Of a DNA stretch of 38,047 bases, positions 19,739 through 29,408 are shown in pieces. The stretch lies in assembly GCA_963802945.1 (NCBI GenBank), contig CAWDKY010000037.1:1-38047 (forward strand), in the 5' to 3' direction. The position numbers and the translations under genes were made by a program. The DNA is from an uncultured delta proteobacterium (GTDB taxonomy: Bacteria; Desulfobacterota; RBG-13-43-22). The notes below the pieces were generated by a model. It saw only the letters and a program-made list of their open reading frames with translations. It searched no databases and had not been told where the DNA came from. Position 1 is the stretch's first letter. Each line of letters begins with the position of its first letter.

Positions 19739-20484
19739 GTTCTTTTCTCATGGCTCTTCGTTTTTTAACCATTATCCCTTTGGGAAAGCCAAAGGAGATC
19801 ACTGCCGATGCCGTGGGGGCCGCTGGAAAATTCTATCCTTTGGTAGGTTTGGTTATTGGAGGTCTGCTCTGGATTTTCTTTTATGGGGTTAATCTGCTTT
19901 TCCCTATTTCGGTTTCTATCGGGCTGCTTCTGATTTTTTGGGTTGTTCTGACCGGTGCCCTGCACCTGGATGGTCTGGCCGACTGCCTGGATGGTCTTTA
20001 CGCCGGGACCGATCCTGAAGAACGCCTTCGCATTATGAAGGATGTTCATCTGGGAGCCATGGGGATCGTTGGGTTGATCCTGATATTGGGGATGAAATAT
20101 CTGATCTTGCGGGAGGTCATGTCTTTTCCTTCCCTTTGGATATGGATCATTCTTATACCGGTAATCAGCCGTTGGACCCCGATTGTGTTGGCCTTCATAT
20201 TTCCTTATGCCCGGCAGGGAGATGGGCTGGGACAGGCTCTGGTAACAGGAACGGGGAAGAAAGAACTCTTCTGGGCTACCTTATTGTCTTGGATTCCGAT
20301 ATTGATTTTGGGTCGGTTTTGGGGACTGGGATTGATCCTGATGACTTTGTTTTGGAGTTTGATATGCGGTTGGTATTTTCATAAAAAATTAGGAGGGATC
20401 ACCGGGGATGTTATGGGAGCGATCATAGAATCCAGCGAAGTCTGGGGACTTCTTTATGTGTTGGGGGTGTCTCCTCATGTCTGA
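19735..20484 (+). CDS. cobS: Adenosylcobinamide-GDP ribazoletransferase
   Basis: FLTIIP, TGALHLDGLADCLDG, IMKD, GGITGDVMGA. Confidence 0.95.
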   Translation: MSSFLMALRFLTIIPLGKPKEITADAVGAAGKFYPLVGLVIGGLLWIFFYGVNLLFPISVSIGLLLIFWVVLTGALHLDGLADCLDGLYAGTDPEERLRIMKDVHLGAMGIVGLILILGMKYLILREVMSFPSLWIWIILIPVISRWTPIVLAFIFPYARQGDGLGQALVTGTGKKELFWATLLSWIPILILGRFWGLGLILMTLFWSLICGWYFHKKLGGITGDVMGAIIESSEVWGLLYVLGVSPHV

Positions 20485-21106
20485 TTCAAAGAAAACGACG
20501 CGTCTTTATTTGGTTCGTCATGGAGAAGTGGTCCGACAAGGTCAAGGGAAGTTTTTAGGCTTTACTGATCTGGGGCTGAGTCTTCGCGGGAAAAAACAGA
20601 TCAGGGCATTGGCCGAATATCTTAAAAATGTATCTTTGGATCAGGCATACACCAGCAATCTGATAAGGACCAGGGAATCAGCCAAGATTATCTGCCAAGA
20701 CCGGGGAATCCGGCCAAACCCTTGGCCGGCCTTTCGGGAAATGAATATGGGCGACTGGGACGGAAAATCATGGGAGGAAATCAAGAAGAAATATCCTAAA
20801 GCTGACCCTCTGTTTTTTTCTGAGTTAAAAACATTTCATTTCCCGGGAGGGGAACACTGGCCTCAATTTCGAAATCGGGTTTTAAAAGGAATGAAAAGCC
20901 TGCTCAAGGAAGACCAGGGGAAGGACATCCTGCTGGTGGCCCATGCCGGTGTCAACCGTATTATCCTGGCCCAGGCCCTGGGATTGCAATTTAAGAATAT
21001 GTTCTTGATGGAACAGAGTTATGCCTGTTTGAATATCATTGAATATTACGGGACTGTTTCCAGGGTCGTTTTGGTGAACGGGATTTTTTATAAACCAACG
21101 GTCTAA
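20477..21106 (+). CDS. cobC: Alpha-ribazole phosphatase (histidine phosphatase)
   Basis: LYLVRHGE, REMNMGDWDG, LVAHAGVNR; operon context. Confidence 0.85.
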   Translation: MSDSKKTTRLYLVRHGEVVRQGQGKFLGFTDLGLSLRGKKQIRALAEYLKNVSLDQAYTSNLIRTRESAKIICQDRGIRPNPWPAFREMNMGDWDGKSWEEIKKKYPKADPLFFSELKTFHFPGGEHWPQFRNRVLKGMKSLLKEDQGKDILLVAHAGVNRIILAQALGLQFKNMFLMEQSYACLNIIEYYGTVSRVVLVNGIFYKPTV

Positions 21107-21180
21107 GGTTCAGGGTATAGGGTACATGGTAACCTTAAAGCTTTATACATCAAATATTTTGAACCTTAAACCTTGAACCG
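21105..21180. repeat. Inverted heptamer-repeat tract
   Basis: AAGGTTC AGGGTAT AGGGTAC ATGGTAA ... TGAACCT TAAACCT TGAACCG. Confidence 0.55.
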
Positions 21181-21183
21181 GAA

Positions 21184-21337
21184 TTTATTGTCGTGTCCCA
21201 GGAAGTCTGGATAAACCAGCACTGCCCCGCAACTGTGGACGGAACGAAATCCCAGCAGGCCACTGTCCTGAATAGTGCAGGACGGGAAGGCGAGGAAATT
21301 AGGGTGCCGTCAGTCAGGATACTGGGCCGACAAATAA
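21184..21337 (+). ncRNA. Cobalamin riboswitch (atypical 5' part)
   Basis: CTGCCCCGCAACTGT, GCCACTG, GGGAAGG, AGTCAGGATACT; closing stem TTATTGTCG/CGACAAATAA; upstream of btuB. Confidence 0.85.
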
Positions 21338-21367
21338 TCAAACCTCTTTCGAGGGAAAGGAGAAACA

Positions 21368-23365
21368 ATGAAGCGCAGTTGTTTTTGGTTGTTTGTGGCT
21401 GGAATTTTATTGGTCAGCTTAACTTTTAGCTGGGCCGATGAGCCTCTGATTCAAATGGAAGAAGTGGTGGTCACCGGTACTCGAACCAAAGAAGAAATCA
21501 AAAATATTCCCAATGCCGTGACGGTTATTGGTGCCCAGGAGATTGCGGCCTCTTCAGCCAGGAATGTGGGGGAATTGCTTAAAGAGTATACAGTGCTCGA
21601 TGTCACCGATTACGGCTCCTTGGGTTCAGCTCAGTCGGTCAGTATCCGGGGGTCCAGTGCCGCCCAGGTCCTGGTAATGATTGACGGCCGGCCGATCAAT
21701 TCCATTACCTATGGCTCGGCGGACTTGAGCGAAATTCCCCTTGACTATGTTGAACGAATAGAAATTGTCGAGGGACCCACCTCCCATCTTTACGGAGCCA
21801 ATGCTATGGGAGGGGTCATTAATGTCATCACCAAAAACCCACCGGCTCAACCCTCTTTTAATGCGGGTGTTTCTTACGGCAGTTTCAATACCCAAACGGT
21901 TCAGGCCGAACACGGCCAAACCCTGGGTCGTTTTGGATACTTGGTGACGGCCGGATACAAGTCTTCTGATGGACCTCGGGACAACTCTAAGTATGAAGGC
22001 ACGGATTTTTCTTCCAAGCTGACCTATCAACTCCTGGACCGATTATCCTTAAGTCTGCTGACCACGTTCCACCAGGACGGCTTGGGAGTTCCAGGGCCGA
22101 AACCGGCTGCCGGGACCCCTCCGACCTTCGGGAACAGCCAGGTGACCAGTCTCTTCGACCATCAGGATGACACCCTGTTTAATAATACCTTGCAATTAAA
22201 TTGGGACCCTTTGGATAGTCTTCAGGTCCACTGGAAGGCCTACCAGGATTATAGCGAACTCCTCTATCGACAGCGTTACATGGGGGTTTCCTCGGCCATA
22301 GAAGAGAATGATGCCTATCGGGCCAATATTTACGGCAGTACCCTGGATGTCCTCTGGGCTTTCAATAAAGACAATAAATTGACCCTGGGAACCGATTTTC
22401 GCCAAGAAAATCTGGAAGGGGAACAGATGCCAAGAGACTTGACGACCTCTCAGATTACCCCTACTAGCTGGTCACCGGATAACACGATCTGGGGCCTGTT
22501 TGCCCAGGAACACTGGCAGGTCCTTCCCTGGTTGCGGTTGATCGGCGGACTCCGTTATGATGATACATCCCGGTACGGCTCAGCCTTGAGCCCGGACCTT
22601 GGGCTGATTTTTTCACCTCTGGAACGGACCCATATCAAATTGCATTACGGCCAGGCTTTTCGACCGCCGACCTTCAACGACCTGTTCTATCCCGGTTCGG
22701 GAAATGTCCGGCTTTCTCCGGAAAAAGGCACCAGTTATGAAGTCAATTTCGATCAGGCCCTGATAGATAAAAAACTGGTTTTTTCTGTCGGGGTTTTTCG
22801 CTGGGAGGTTAAGGATGAAATCCAATGGGTTCCGAATGCCAATGGGAATTGGCAGCCTCAGAATGTGAATGAGCAAGATACCTGGGGCGGGGAAGTGGGA
22901 ATTCAGTGGAATCCGATGAAAGAACTCTCATTCTCCCTGGGGTATACCTACTTAGACGCAACACAGAAGAATCAGGAATTACAGAATGCGCTGTTGAATA
23001 CGACAGCATTAGTCGAACGGAGGGCCGCTTCCGTCCCTCAGCATCAAGCCAGACTTTCTATCAGTTATCTGTCCTGCTGGAAAACCCGTTTCAACCTTAT
23101 GGGAAGGTATGTAGGGGATCGGATGTTCTATTATGATGATTACAGCGCCTATCCAACAGTGAATGAATTGGCAAAAAAGTTCGATGCCTTTTATACCCTG
23201 GATCTGAAAGTAATCCATCCTTTCGGAAAGCATTGGGAGGTATCTCTATCCCTGTTGAACCTGACCGATCAGAATTATGTGGAGCAAGTCGGGACCAGTT
23301 ATACGGATCAAGGTTATCCGGCCCCAGGCCGGTCGATTGCGGTGGGGGTAAATTATAAGTATTAG
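21368..23365 (+). CDS. btuB: TonB-dependent cobalamin receptor
   Basis: Signal peptide, EEVVVTGTR TonB box, plug SIRG..VLVMIDG, IERIEIVEGPTSHLYG-type motif, FRPPTFNDL; riboswitch context. Confidence 0.9.
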   Translation: MKRSCFWLFVAGILLVSLTFSWADEPLIQMEEVVVTGTRTKEEIKNIPNAVTVIGAQEIAASSARNVGELLKEYTVLDVTDYGSLGSAQSVSIRGSSAAQVLVMIDGRPINSITYGSADLSEIPLDYVERIEIVEGPTSHLYGANAMGGVINVITKNPPAQPSFNAGVSYGSFNTQTVQAEHGQTLGRFGYLVTAGYKSSDGPRDNSKYEGTDFSSKLTYQLLDRLSLSLLTTFHQDGLGVPGPKPAAGTPPTFGNSQVTSLFDHQDDTLFNNTLQLNWDPLDSLQVHWKAYQDYSELLYRQRYMGVSSAIEENDAYRANIYGSTLDVLWAFNKDNKLTLGTDFRQENLEGEQMPRDLTTSQITPTSWSPDNTIWGLFAQEHWQVLPWLRLIGGLRYDDTSRYGSALSPDLGLIFSPLERTHIKLHYGQAFRPPTFNDLFYPGSGNVRLSPEKGTSYEVNFDQALIDKKLVFSVGVFRWEVKDEIQWVPNANGNWQPQNVNEQDTWGGEVGIQWNPMKELSFSLGYTYLDATQKNQELQNALLNTTALVERRAASVPQHQARLSISYLSCWKTRFNLMGRYVGDRMFYYDDYSAYPTVNELAKKFDAFYTLDLKVIHPFGKHWEVSLSLLNLTDQNYVEQVGTSYTDQGYPAPGRSIAVGVNYKY

Positions 23366-23403
23366 AAGTGAAAAAATAGAAGTCAAGGGTTGGATTAAGA
23401 TCT

Positions 23404-23602
23404 TTGACGCGCTTTTGACATTGCAATTAAGGGAACGGCGAAGCAATCGCATCGTTGGTGGATTGCTTCGCTTTCCTCGCTAAGGTCGTCACCCCGGCGA
23501 AAGCCAGGGTCCAGAAAAAGAATAAATCTTTACAATACTGGATTCCGGCTTTCGCTGGAATGACCTAACTCGGTTTTCGGCGACTTTTCACAAATCCGTC
23601 AA
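23404..23602. repeat. Composite REP/MITE-like element
   Basis: Ends TTGACG/CGTCAA; inner GCGAAGCAATC/GATTGCTTCGC and GTCACCCCGGCGAAAGCCAGGGTCCAG...CTGGATTCCGGCTTTCGCTGGAATGAC (23488-23564). Confidence 0.75.
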
Positions 23603-23609
23603 GAAAAAA

Positions 23610-24518
23610 ATGATTAAGAAACTCTCCATTTTTATATCTGTTATTTTATTCTGGGGATTTTTGCTGCCCTCCTGTTTATGGGCAGAAATGGATCTGGATC
23701 ATTTTAATCAAGGAGTGAGGCCGCAAGAATACAAGCGGATCATTTCTCTGGCTCCAAATATCACCGAGATTCTTTTTGCCTTGGGATTGGGTGAACGGGT
23801 GATCGGTGTGACTCAACACTGCAATTATCCTGCTGAGGCCTTGGCTAAACCCCGTGTCGGAACCTATATTGATCTGAATATTGAAAAGATTTTATCTCTA
23901 AAACCGGACCTGGTAGTTGCCACCGCAGACGGCAATGAAAAAGGATCGGTTGAGCGCTTGGCGGCTTTCAAGATACCGGTCCTGGTTATCAATCCAAAAA
24001 ATTTGAATGAAGTTTTTGAAGCCGTCAAAACCATCGGGCAGGTCACCCTAAAGGAGAATCGGGCTGAAAAATTGATCCGATCTCTAAAGAAGCGGGCCGA
24101 TCGGGTCATCCGGGCTTGTTTGCCTTTGTCCCATCCCCGGGTGTTTTTGCAGATAAACGAGTACCCTTTAATGACGGTGGGAAGAGACACCTTTCATAAT
24201 AATTTGATTAAACAGGCCGGGGGGATCAATATCAGCGGAGAAGAGGCCATTAAATATCCGAAATACAGTCTGGAGCAGGTGCTGCGTTCCAACCCCGAGG
24301 TCATCCTGATCACGACGATGGAACGGGGGAGCCTGGCTGAACAAAAAAAAAATCGCTGGAGACAGTGGAATCAAATTTTTGCTGTCAAACAGGGGAGGAT
24401 TCACTTGCTCGATTCTGACTTACTGGACAGACCTTCCCCCAGACTGGTCGATGGGCTGGAAGCCTTGGCCAGGGCCATTCATCCGGAATTGAGGATGAAA
24501 GTACAGGAGTCTAATTAA
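23610..24518 (+). CDS. btuF: Cobalamin ABC transporter substrate-binding protein
   Basis: RIISLAPNITEILFALG, NIEKILSLKPDLV, RPSPRLVDGLE. Confidence 0.92.
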   Translation: MIKKLSIFISVILFWGFLLPSCLWAEMDLDHFNQGVRPQEYKRIISLAPNITEILFALGLGERVIGVTQHCNYPAEALAKPRVGTYIDLNIEKILSLKPDLVVATADGNEKGSVERLAAFKIPVLVINPKNLNEVFEAVKTIGQVTLKENRAEKLIRSLKKRADRVIRACLPLSHPRVFLQINEYPLMTVGRDTFHNNLIKQAGGINISGEEAIKYPKYSLEQVLRSNPEVILITTMERGSLAEQKKNRWRQWNQIFAVKQGRIHLLDSDLLDRPSPRLVDGLEALARAIHPELRMKVQESN

Positions 24519-24519
24519 T

Positions 24520-25516
24520 TTGGTAACCTATAAAAAACTTCTTTCCATTCTCGGTCTGCTTAGCCTCCTCCTTTTGGGGGCTGTTTTTTTAGGTCTTGGA
24601 TTAGGCTCAGTTCAGCGTTCCCGTCTTTAAGGCGCTGACCGGATCCGGATTGGACTCCACCTCCCGGGCAATCCTTTGGGAGCTTCGTTTGCCTCGGGTT
24701 ATCCTGGCCGGTATCGTCGGCTGGTCATTATCCATTGGCGGAGTGGTTTTTCAAGCCTTGATGCGCAATCCTTTAGCCGAACCGTTTCTCTTGGGTATCT
24801 CCAGCGGGGCGGCAATTGGGGCCGTGGCCGGCATCATCTTCGGGATAGTTTTTTGGGGCGGCATTCCTTTCATGGCCTTTTTGGGGGCCTTGATGACCAT
24901 TGCTTTGGTGTTGCTCATAGCTCAGAGGGCCAGGGCTATTGATCCCAACACTTTGATTTTGACCGGCGTCATCATTAACGCCTTTTTCGCCGCCCTGATC
25001 ATGTTCGCCATGGCGGTCACCTCTGGGGAAAAACTTCATTCTCTGCTCTTTTGGCTATACGGGGATCTGAGCCGTGGCCGATTTTTCGATCTTTGGATCA
25101 TGGTGCCGGTTATTTTCATCGGGTCGTTTATCCTTTATGGAATGGCCAGGTCCTTTAACCTGATCGCCTCCGGCGAAGAAGTGGCCGCCCAACTGGGAGT
25201 GGATGTGGAATGGGCAAAGTGGATCGCTTTGGTGATCGTCTCCCTGATGTGCGGCACTACCGTAGCCTTCAGCGGGATTATCGGATTTGTCGGCTTGATC
25301 GTTCCTCATCTGGTTCGTATGGCCTTCGGCCCTGATCATCGGATCCTCCTGCCGGCTTCGGGTCTTTTTGGGGCCTCGTTTATGATTGGGGCCGATTTGC
25401 TGGCCCGGACCGTTATTTCCCCCAGTGAGCTTCCCGTGGGGGTGATAACGGCCTTTCTCGGGGCGCCTTTTTTTCTCTACCTGCTGTATTTGAAGAGGCG
25501 GCCGTGGACCCTTTAA
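24520..25516 (+). CDS. btuC: Cobalamin/iron-siderophore ABC permease, one frameshift near 24616
   Basis: N-terminal TM LVTYKKLLSILG.. is in a different frame from LRLPRVIL..RNPLAEP..GIIGFVGLIVPH..ELPVGVIT. Confidence 0.85.
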
Positions 25517-26301
25517 TTCAGGTGAAAAATGTCGGCTATCGCTATAACCACCAATGGGTGATCAAAGAGATCTCCTTTCAAATGGACCAGGGGGAACTTA
25601 TTGGACTGATCGGCCCTAATGGATCAGGTAAAACAACTTTATTGAAATGTTTGGACCGGCTTCTGGTTCCTCAGGAAGGAAAAGTTTTATATGAAGGGGA
25701 ACCTTTAGTCCATTTCTCTCAAAATAGGATCGCCAGAAATATAGCCCTGGTTTCTCAGGAATCCCCATTGATCTTTTCTTCCACGGTTTTGGAAACGATT
25801 CTCATGGGCCGCTATCCGTATTTAAAACGGTTTCAACTCGAAGGCCCTAAGGATTTCCGTCTGGCCGAGGAAGTTATGGAGCAGACCCAAACAAAACATT
25901 TTCAGCAACGATCATTATCAGAACTTTCCAGCGGAGAAAGACAGCGGGTTTACTTGGCACGCGCCCTTTGTCAAGAACCCAGGCTGCTTCTTTTAGATGA
26001 ACCGATGGCCTTTCTGGATATCCAGCATCAGGTTGGCCTATTGGATCTGATACAAAAGCTGAATCACGAAAAAGGGCTGACTATTCTATTAACTTCCCAT
26101 GACATCAATTTGACCGCTCAATACTGTCATAAACTGATATTAATTCATGAAGGCCGTATTGAGACCATAGGAACACCAGCCCAAGTGATTAAGGAAGAAA
26201 ATATTGAGAAGGTTTTTGAGACCCAAGTGTTGGTGGATCAAAATCCATTTACCCAAACCCCCCGAATCACCTTGATGGGCGGGCATAAGCGCAATACCTA
26301 A
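25504..26301 (+). CDS. btuD: Cobalamin ABC transporter ATP-binding protein
   Basis: GPNGSGKT, LSSGERQR, LLLLDEP, TSHD. Confidence 0.9.
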   Translation: MDPLIQVKNVGYRYNHQWVIKEISFQMDQGELIGLIGPNGSGKTTLLKCLDRLLVPQEGKVLYEGEPLVHFSQNRIARNIALVSQESPLIFSSTVLETILMGRYPYLKRFQLEGPKDFRLAEEVMEQTQTKHFQQRSLSELSSGERQRVYLARALCQEPRLLLLDEPMAFLDIQHQVGLLDLIQKLNHEKGLTILLTSHDINLTAQYCHKLILIHEGRIETIGTPAQVIKEENIEKVFETQVLVDQNPFTQTPRITLMGGHKRNT

Positions 26302-26312
26302 GGAATTCATTA

Positions 26313-26461
26313 AATCCCTTTTTTGGTTCATGGCGTTGCCCTGGGGATATTAATTTTTACCTGGCACGGTGGGGTCTCTTGAAGTCCTGCGTTCTTCCGG
26401 ATTTTCCATCCTCGATCAATCGGCTTTGAAGGGGGTAAAAGAGTGGAAGTTTATACCCGCC
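26313..26461 (+). pseudogene. tonB: Energy transducer TonB remnant (internally deleted, interrupted at WKFIPA)
   Basis: LVHGVALGILIF anchor, then in another frame GTVGSLEVLRSSGFSILDQSALKGVKEWKFIPA (TonB C-terminal pattern). Confidence 0.8.
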
Positions 26462-26498
26462 GTTGTCAACAAATAATTAGTATGGATGTCCCCCGATT
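26460..26498 (+). repeat. 39-bp end motif, copy 1 of 3
   Basis: CCGTTGTCAACAAATAATTAGTATGGATGTCCCCCGATT; also at 30812-30847 and 32086-32124. Confidence 0.9.
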
Positions 26499-26674
26499 GT
26501 CTTTACCTCATGAAAGATACGCCCCCCGGGTTTTCGATCCCATGATTTTTTGACTTACTCTTTTGATGATAGGAGGATTAAAATTTAATTGATGAAAAAA
26601 AGGATTTTTGAAGATAAAATCGGGACCAGCGATTGATCAGGTAAATCGCAAACTTGATAAATGGAGGATTCGTA

Positions 26675-28285
26675 ATGAAGAAAGATGATGAATTCAGGAA
26701 AATCACCACCTGGAAGCCGGGTATGGGATGGGAGGCGGCGATTGAGGAGTTGGAAAAGCGCCGAGAAGTTACCAAACGAATGGGGGGAAAGGAACGCATT
26801 GCCCGCCATCACAGCCAGGGGAAACTGACCATACGGGAACGCATTGAAAAGCTGGTGGACAAGGGCACTTTTATGGAGGTCGGGTCCCTGATGGGCAAAG
26901 GACAATACGACGGGGAGGGAAATATGATCGGCTTCACTCCTGCCGCTTTTGTTTTAGGGCTGGCCGAAATCGGCGGGCGGTTGGTTACCGTGGGAGGTGA
27001 AGACTTCACGATCAGCGGTGGCAGCCCTGCAGGAATCCATAAGGATGCGCGTTTTTTTACCCAACCTATGTCCCAGCAGTACGGCATCCCGCTGATCCAG
27101 CTTTGTGACGGCGCTGGGGCCAGCGCTGCAAGCTACGAAGACAGGGGGCGGATGTTTCTGCCTCCGGGAACGACTTTATGGTGGGGAGATGTGCAACTGC
27201 TGCAAAAAGTGCCGATGATATCGGCTGTCATGGGCTCTTGCGCCGGTCACGTGGCGGCCCGGGCTGTCCTTTCACATTTTTCTATCATGGTCAAAGGGAG
27301 TGGACAGATATTTCCCGCCGGCCCTCCGGTTGTTTCCAGGGCTCTGAGCAAAGATATAGAGAAAGACGACTTGGGCGGCACCAGGATTCACACCCGGGAA
27401 TCCGGCGTCATTGATAACGAAGCCGCGAATGAAGAGGACTGCTTTCGCCAGATCCGTGAGTTCCTCAGTTATATGCCTAATAATGTCTATGAGGTACCGG
27501 CCCGGAAAGAGACAGGGGATGATCCGAACCGCCGGGCGGAAGAACTGCTGCGGATCGTGCCCATGGACCGCAAAAAAGCTTATGACATGTATAAGGTCAT
27601 AAGCCTACTTGTTGACCGGGGTGAATTTTTCGAGTTGCGCAAACATTATGGTTCTTCCCTCATAACAGTCCTGGCTCGGATGGACGGTTATGTCGTGGGA
27701 ATTCTGGCCAGCAACCCGATGAAATTGGCCGGAGCCCTGGAAGGAAAGTCTTCTCAAAAAATGGAACGTTTCATTGATATCTGCAACTGTTTCAACATTC
27801 CAGTGGTACTTCTGGTGGATGTGCCTGGTTTTATGATCGGGGAAGAGTCGGAAAGGGGAGGTACTTTGCGATATGGTATGGCTGCCGTCATGGCTGCGCA
27901 GGAGGCGACCGTTCCTAAGGTCCATATTGCCGTGCGGAAATCCTACGGCATGGGGGGAGACGCCTTCTCCAGCGTCGGGGGCATGATGTCCCTTAATCTG
28001 CGTTTTGGCTGGCCCAGTGGAGAATGGGGAGCGATTCCGGTGGAGGGAGGGGTTGCCGCCGCCTACCGCAGGGAAATTGAATCCTCACCCGATCCCGAAG
28101 CCAAGCGCCGGGAATTGGAGGAAAGGTTAATCGGGGTTCGCTCCCCATTTCGGGCTGCCGAAGCCGGCGATGTCATTGATATCATCGACCCGCGGGATAC
28201 CAGATCGATAATCTGTAAATTTATCAAGACTGCCCAGCCATACCTGAAGAGAAATGCGGGCCCGAAGCGGAGCGTCCGGCCATAA
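26675..28285 (+). CDS. Acyl-CoA carboxylase carboxyltransferase subunit
   Basis: MGGKERIARHHSQGKLTIRERI, EDFTISGGS, DLGGTRIH, VDVPGFMIG, IIDPRDTR; GGAGG RBS. Confidence 0.93.
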   Translation: MKKDDEFRKITTWKPGMGWEAAIEELEKRREVTKRMGGKERIARHHSQGKLTIRERIEKLVDKGTFMEVGSLMGKGQYDGEGNMIGFTPAAFVLGLAEIGGRLVTVGGEDFTISGGSPAGIHKDARFFTQPMSQQYGIPLIQLCDGAGASAASYEDRGRMFLPPGTTLWWGDVQLLQKVPMISAVMGSCAGHVAARAVLSHFSIMVKGSGQIFPAGPPVVSRALSKDIEKDDLGGTRIHTRESGVIDNEAANEEDCFRQIREFLSYMPNNVYEVPARKETGDDPNRRAEELLRIVPMDRKKAYDMYKVISLLVDRGEFFELRKHYGSSLITVLARMDGYVVGILASNPMKLAGALEGKSSQKMERFIDICNCFNIPVVLLVDVPGFMIGEESERGGTLRYGMAAVMAAQEATVPKVHIAVRKSYGMGGDAFSSVGGMMSLNLRFGWPSGEWGAIPVEGGVAAAYRREIESSPDPEAKRRELEERLIGVRSPFRAAEAGDVIDIIDPRDTRSIICKFIKTAQPYLKRNAGPKRSVRP

Positions 28286-28422
28286 CCTATTCCACCTTTG
28301 CCTCGATAGGTGATAATTGTTAATATGAAAGATGCGACCCCATGCTTTGTGTTTTAAATGTAGCATCGTTTAACGTTTTAACAATTAAAGAGAACCGGCC
28401 CCTTTATTTTATTGGTGGCCGG

Positions 28423-28502
28423 AAAGAGTGGAAGTTTACCGCTCAAAAGACGGCAGCCTGTTGAGATGTTGTCCAGATACCGGACACCTTATGCTGGAGT
28501 AA
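28423..28502 (+). pseudogene. Degenerate copy of the tonB 3' end
   Basis: AAAGAGTGGAAGTTTA matches 26438-26453; the remainder aligns with 30688-30769 with about 6 small deletions. Confidence 0.8.
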
Positions 28503-28587
28503 AACAGGAAATAGGCAATAGGGAAGAGGCAAGAGGGAATAAGAGACTAATAAAAGTATAGTCATTGGCCTAAAATTTATGACCTGC

Positions 28588-28651
28588 TTATAACGCAAAG
28601 TTTACCGGGAAGCCCGATTTTCAGGCGATCCGCTGGAACGTCTTGTTAGGC
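28588..28651 (-). other. Integron attC site (64 bp) overlapping the antitoxin 3' end
   Basis: Minus strand GCCTAAC-aagacgttccagcggatcg...cccggtaaactttgc-GTTATAA; the ORF reads through as RLTRRSS. Confidence 0.75.
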
Positions 28652-28868
28652 GCTTGGTGCACCGGGTGATCTCTAAGAGAGATCTCAGTGCTTCATTCAC
28701 CGAGGCAGAATCATGGAAGGCCTTAGCAACATCGGAGTCAAGAATAACAACGTTCGAACCTTCTTCAAGAAGACGTTTGTAATATTTTCCTCGGACTGCC
28801 CTTGTATAATCAAAGTTATACTCCGGACGTAATTCGTCACTCTCTTTTTTTGTCTTTTTATCCTTCAT
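28602..28868 (-). CDS. BrnA-like antitoxin
   Basis: DELRPEYNFDY..VRGKY..LDSDVAKAFHDSASVNEALRSL; overlaps the toxin gene. Confidence 0.85.
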   Translation of the reverse strand: MKDKKTKKESDELRPEYNFDYTRAVRGKYYKRLLEEGSNVVILDSDVAKAFHDSASVNEALRSLLEITRCTKRLTRRSSGSPENRASR

Positions 28869-29127
28869 GTCTTTTCCTCTCTTGGCTGGACGCTGGTCTG
28901 GCGCTAATGATGCGAGTATTTTCTCCTCTGTCTGTATGCGCAACAACGATAAGACGATTTTTTGAGGAAAAACCAATTGTGATGTATCGTTGTTCCTCTT
29001 TCGAATGATCGGGATCGTCAAAAGTTGCTGATAGTGGGTCATAAAGCGTTGTTACTGCTTCATCAAAAGAGACGCCGTGTTTCTTTAAATTTTGTTTGGC
29101 TTTTTGGGAGTCCCATTCAAATCGCAT
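28858..29127 (-). CDS. brnT: BrnT family toxin
   Basis: MRFEWDSQKAKQNLKKHGVSFDEA..DPDHS..RIISAR. Confidence 0.93.
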   Translation of the reverse strand: MRFEWDSQKAKQNLKKHGVSFDEAVTTLYDPLSATFDDPDHSKEEQRYITIGFSSKNRLIVVAHTDRGENTRIISARPASSQERKRHEG

Positions 29128-29187
29128 ACTGATATTCTATCGCATTTTAGATTATTAATCCAGGCATAAAATTGAATTGAATCCAAC

Positions 29188-29319
29188 CTACCTTTTAAGA
29201 TTACTTTCCCCCTGTCTCTGGCGATCCTTGGCAAATCCGAAAAGGAATTCTCTCTTGTGGCCTCGGTGGGTAATATGCCAGATACAGCCTGGAATATAAT
29301 GTCGCTTTGCTCTTGCCAT
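29188..29319 (-). pseudogene. N-terminal fragment of a second RAYT/Y1 transposase (not in the ORF track)
   Basis: MARAKRHYIPGCIWHITHRGHKREFLFGFAKDRQR.. then stop after 43 aa. Confidence 0.8.
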
Positions 29320-29353
29320 TTGTTTTTCGAATAAAGCCCTTAAAGTAGTTTAG

Positions 29354-29374
29354 GAACTCAGTAAACAACGTCCC
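29354..29374 (+). repeat. 21-bp RAYT-end-like motif, direct copy at 30662-30682
   Basis: GAACTCAGTAAACAACGTCCC versus GAACTTAGTGGTCAACGTCCC (17/21), both followed by T runs. Confidence 0.7.
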
Positions 29375-29408
29375 TTTTTTTGGCTGAAGAAGTAGGCGAT
29401 GGAGTGGT

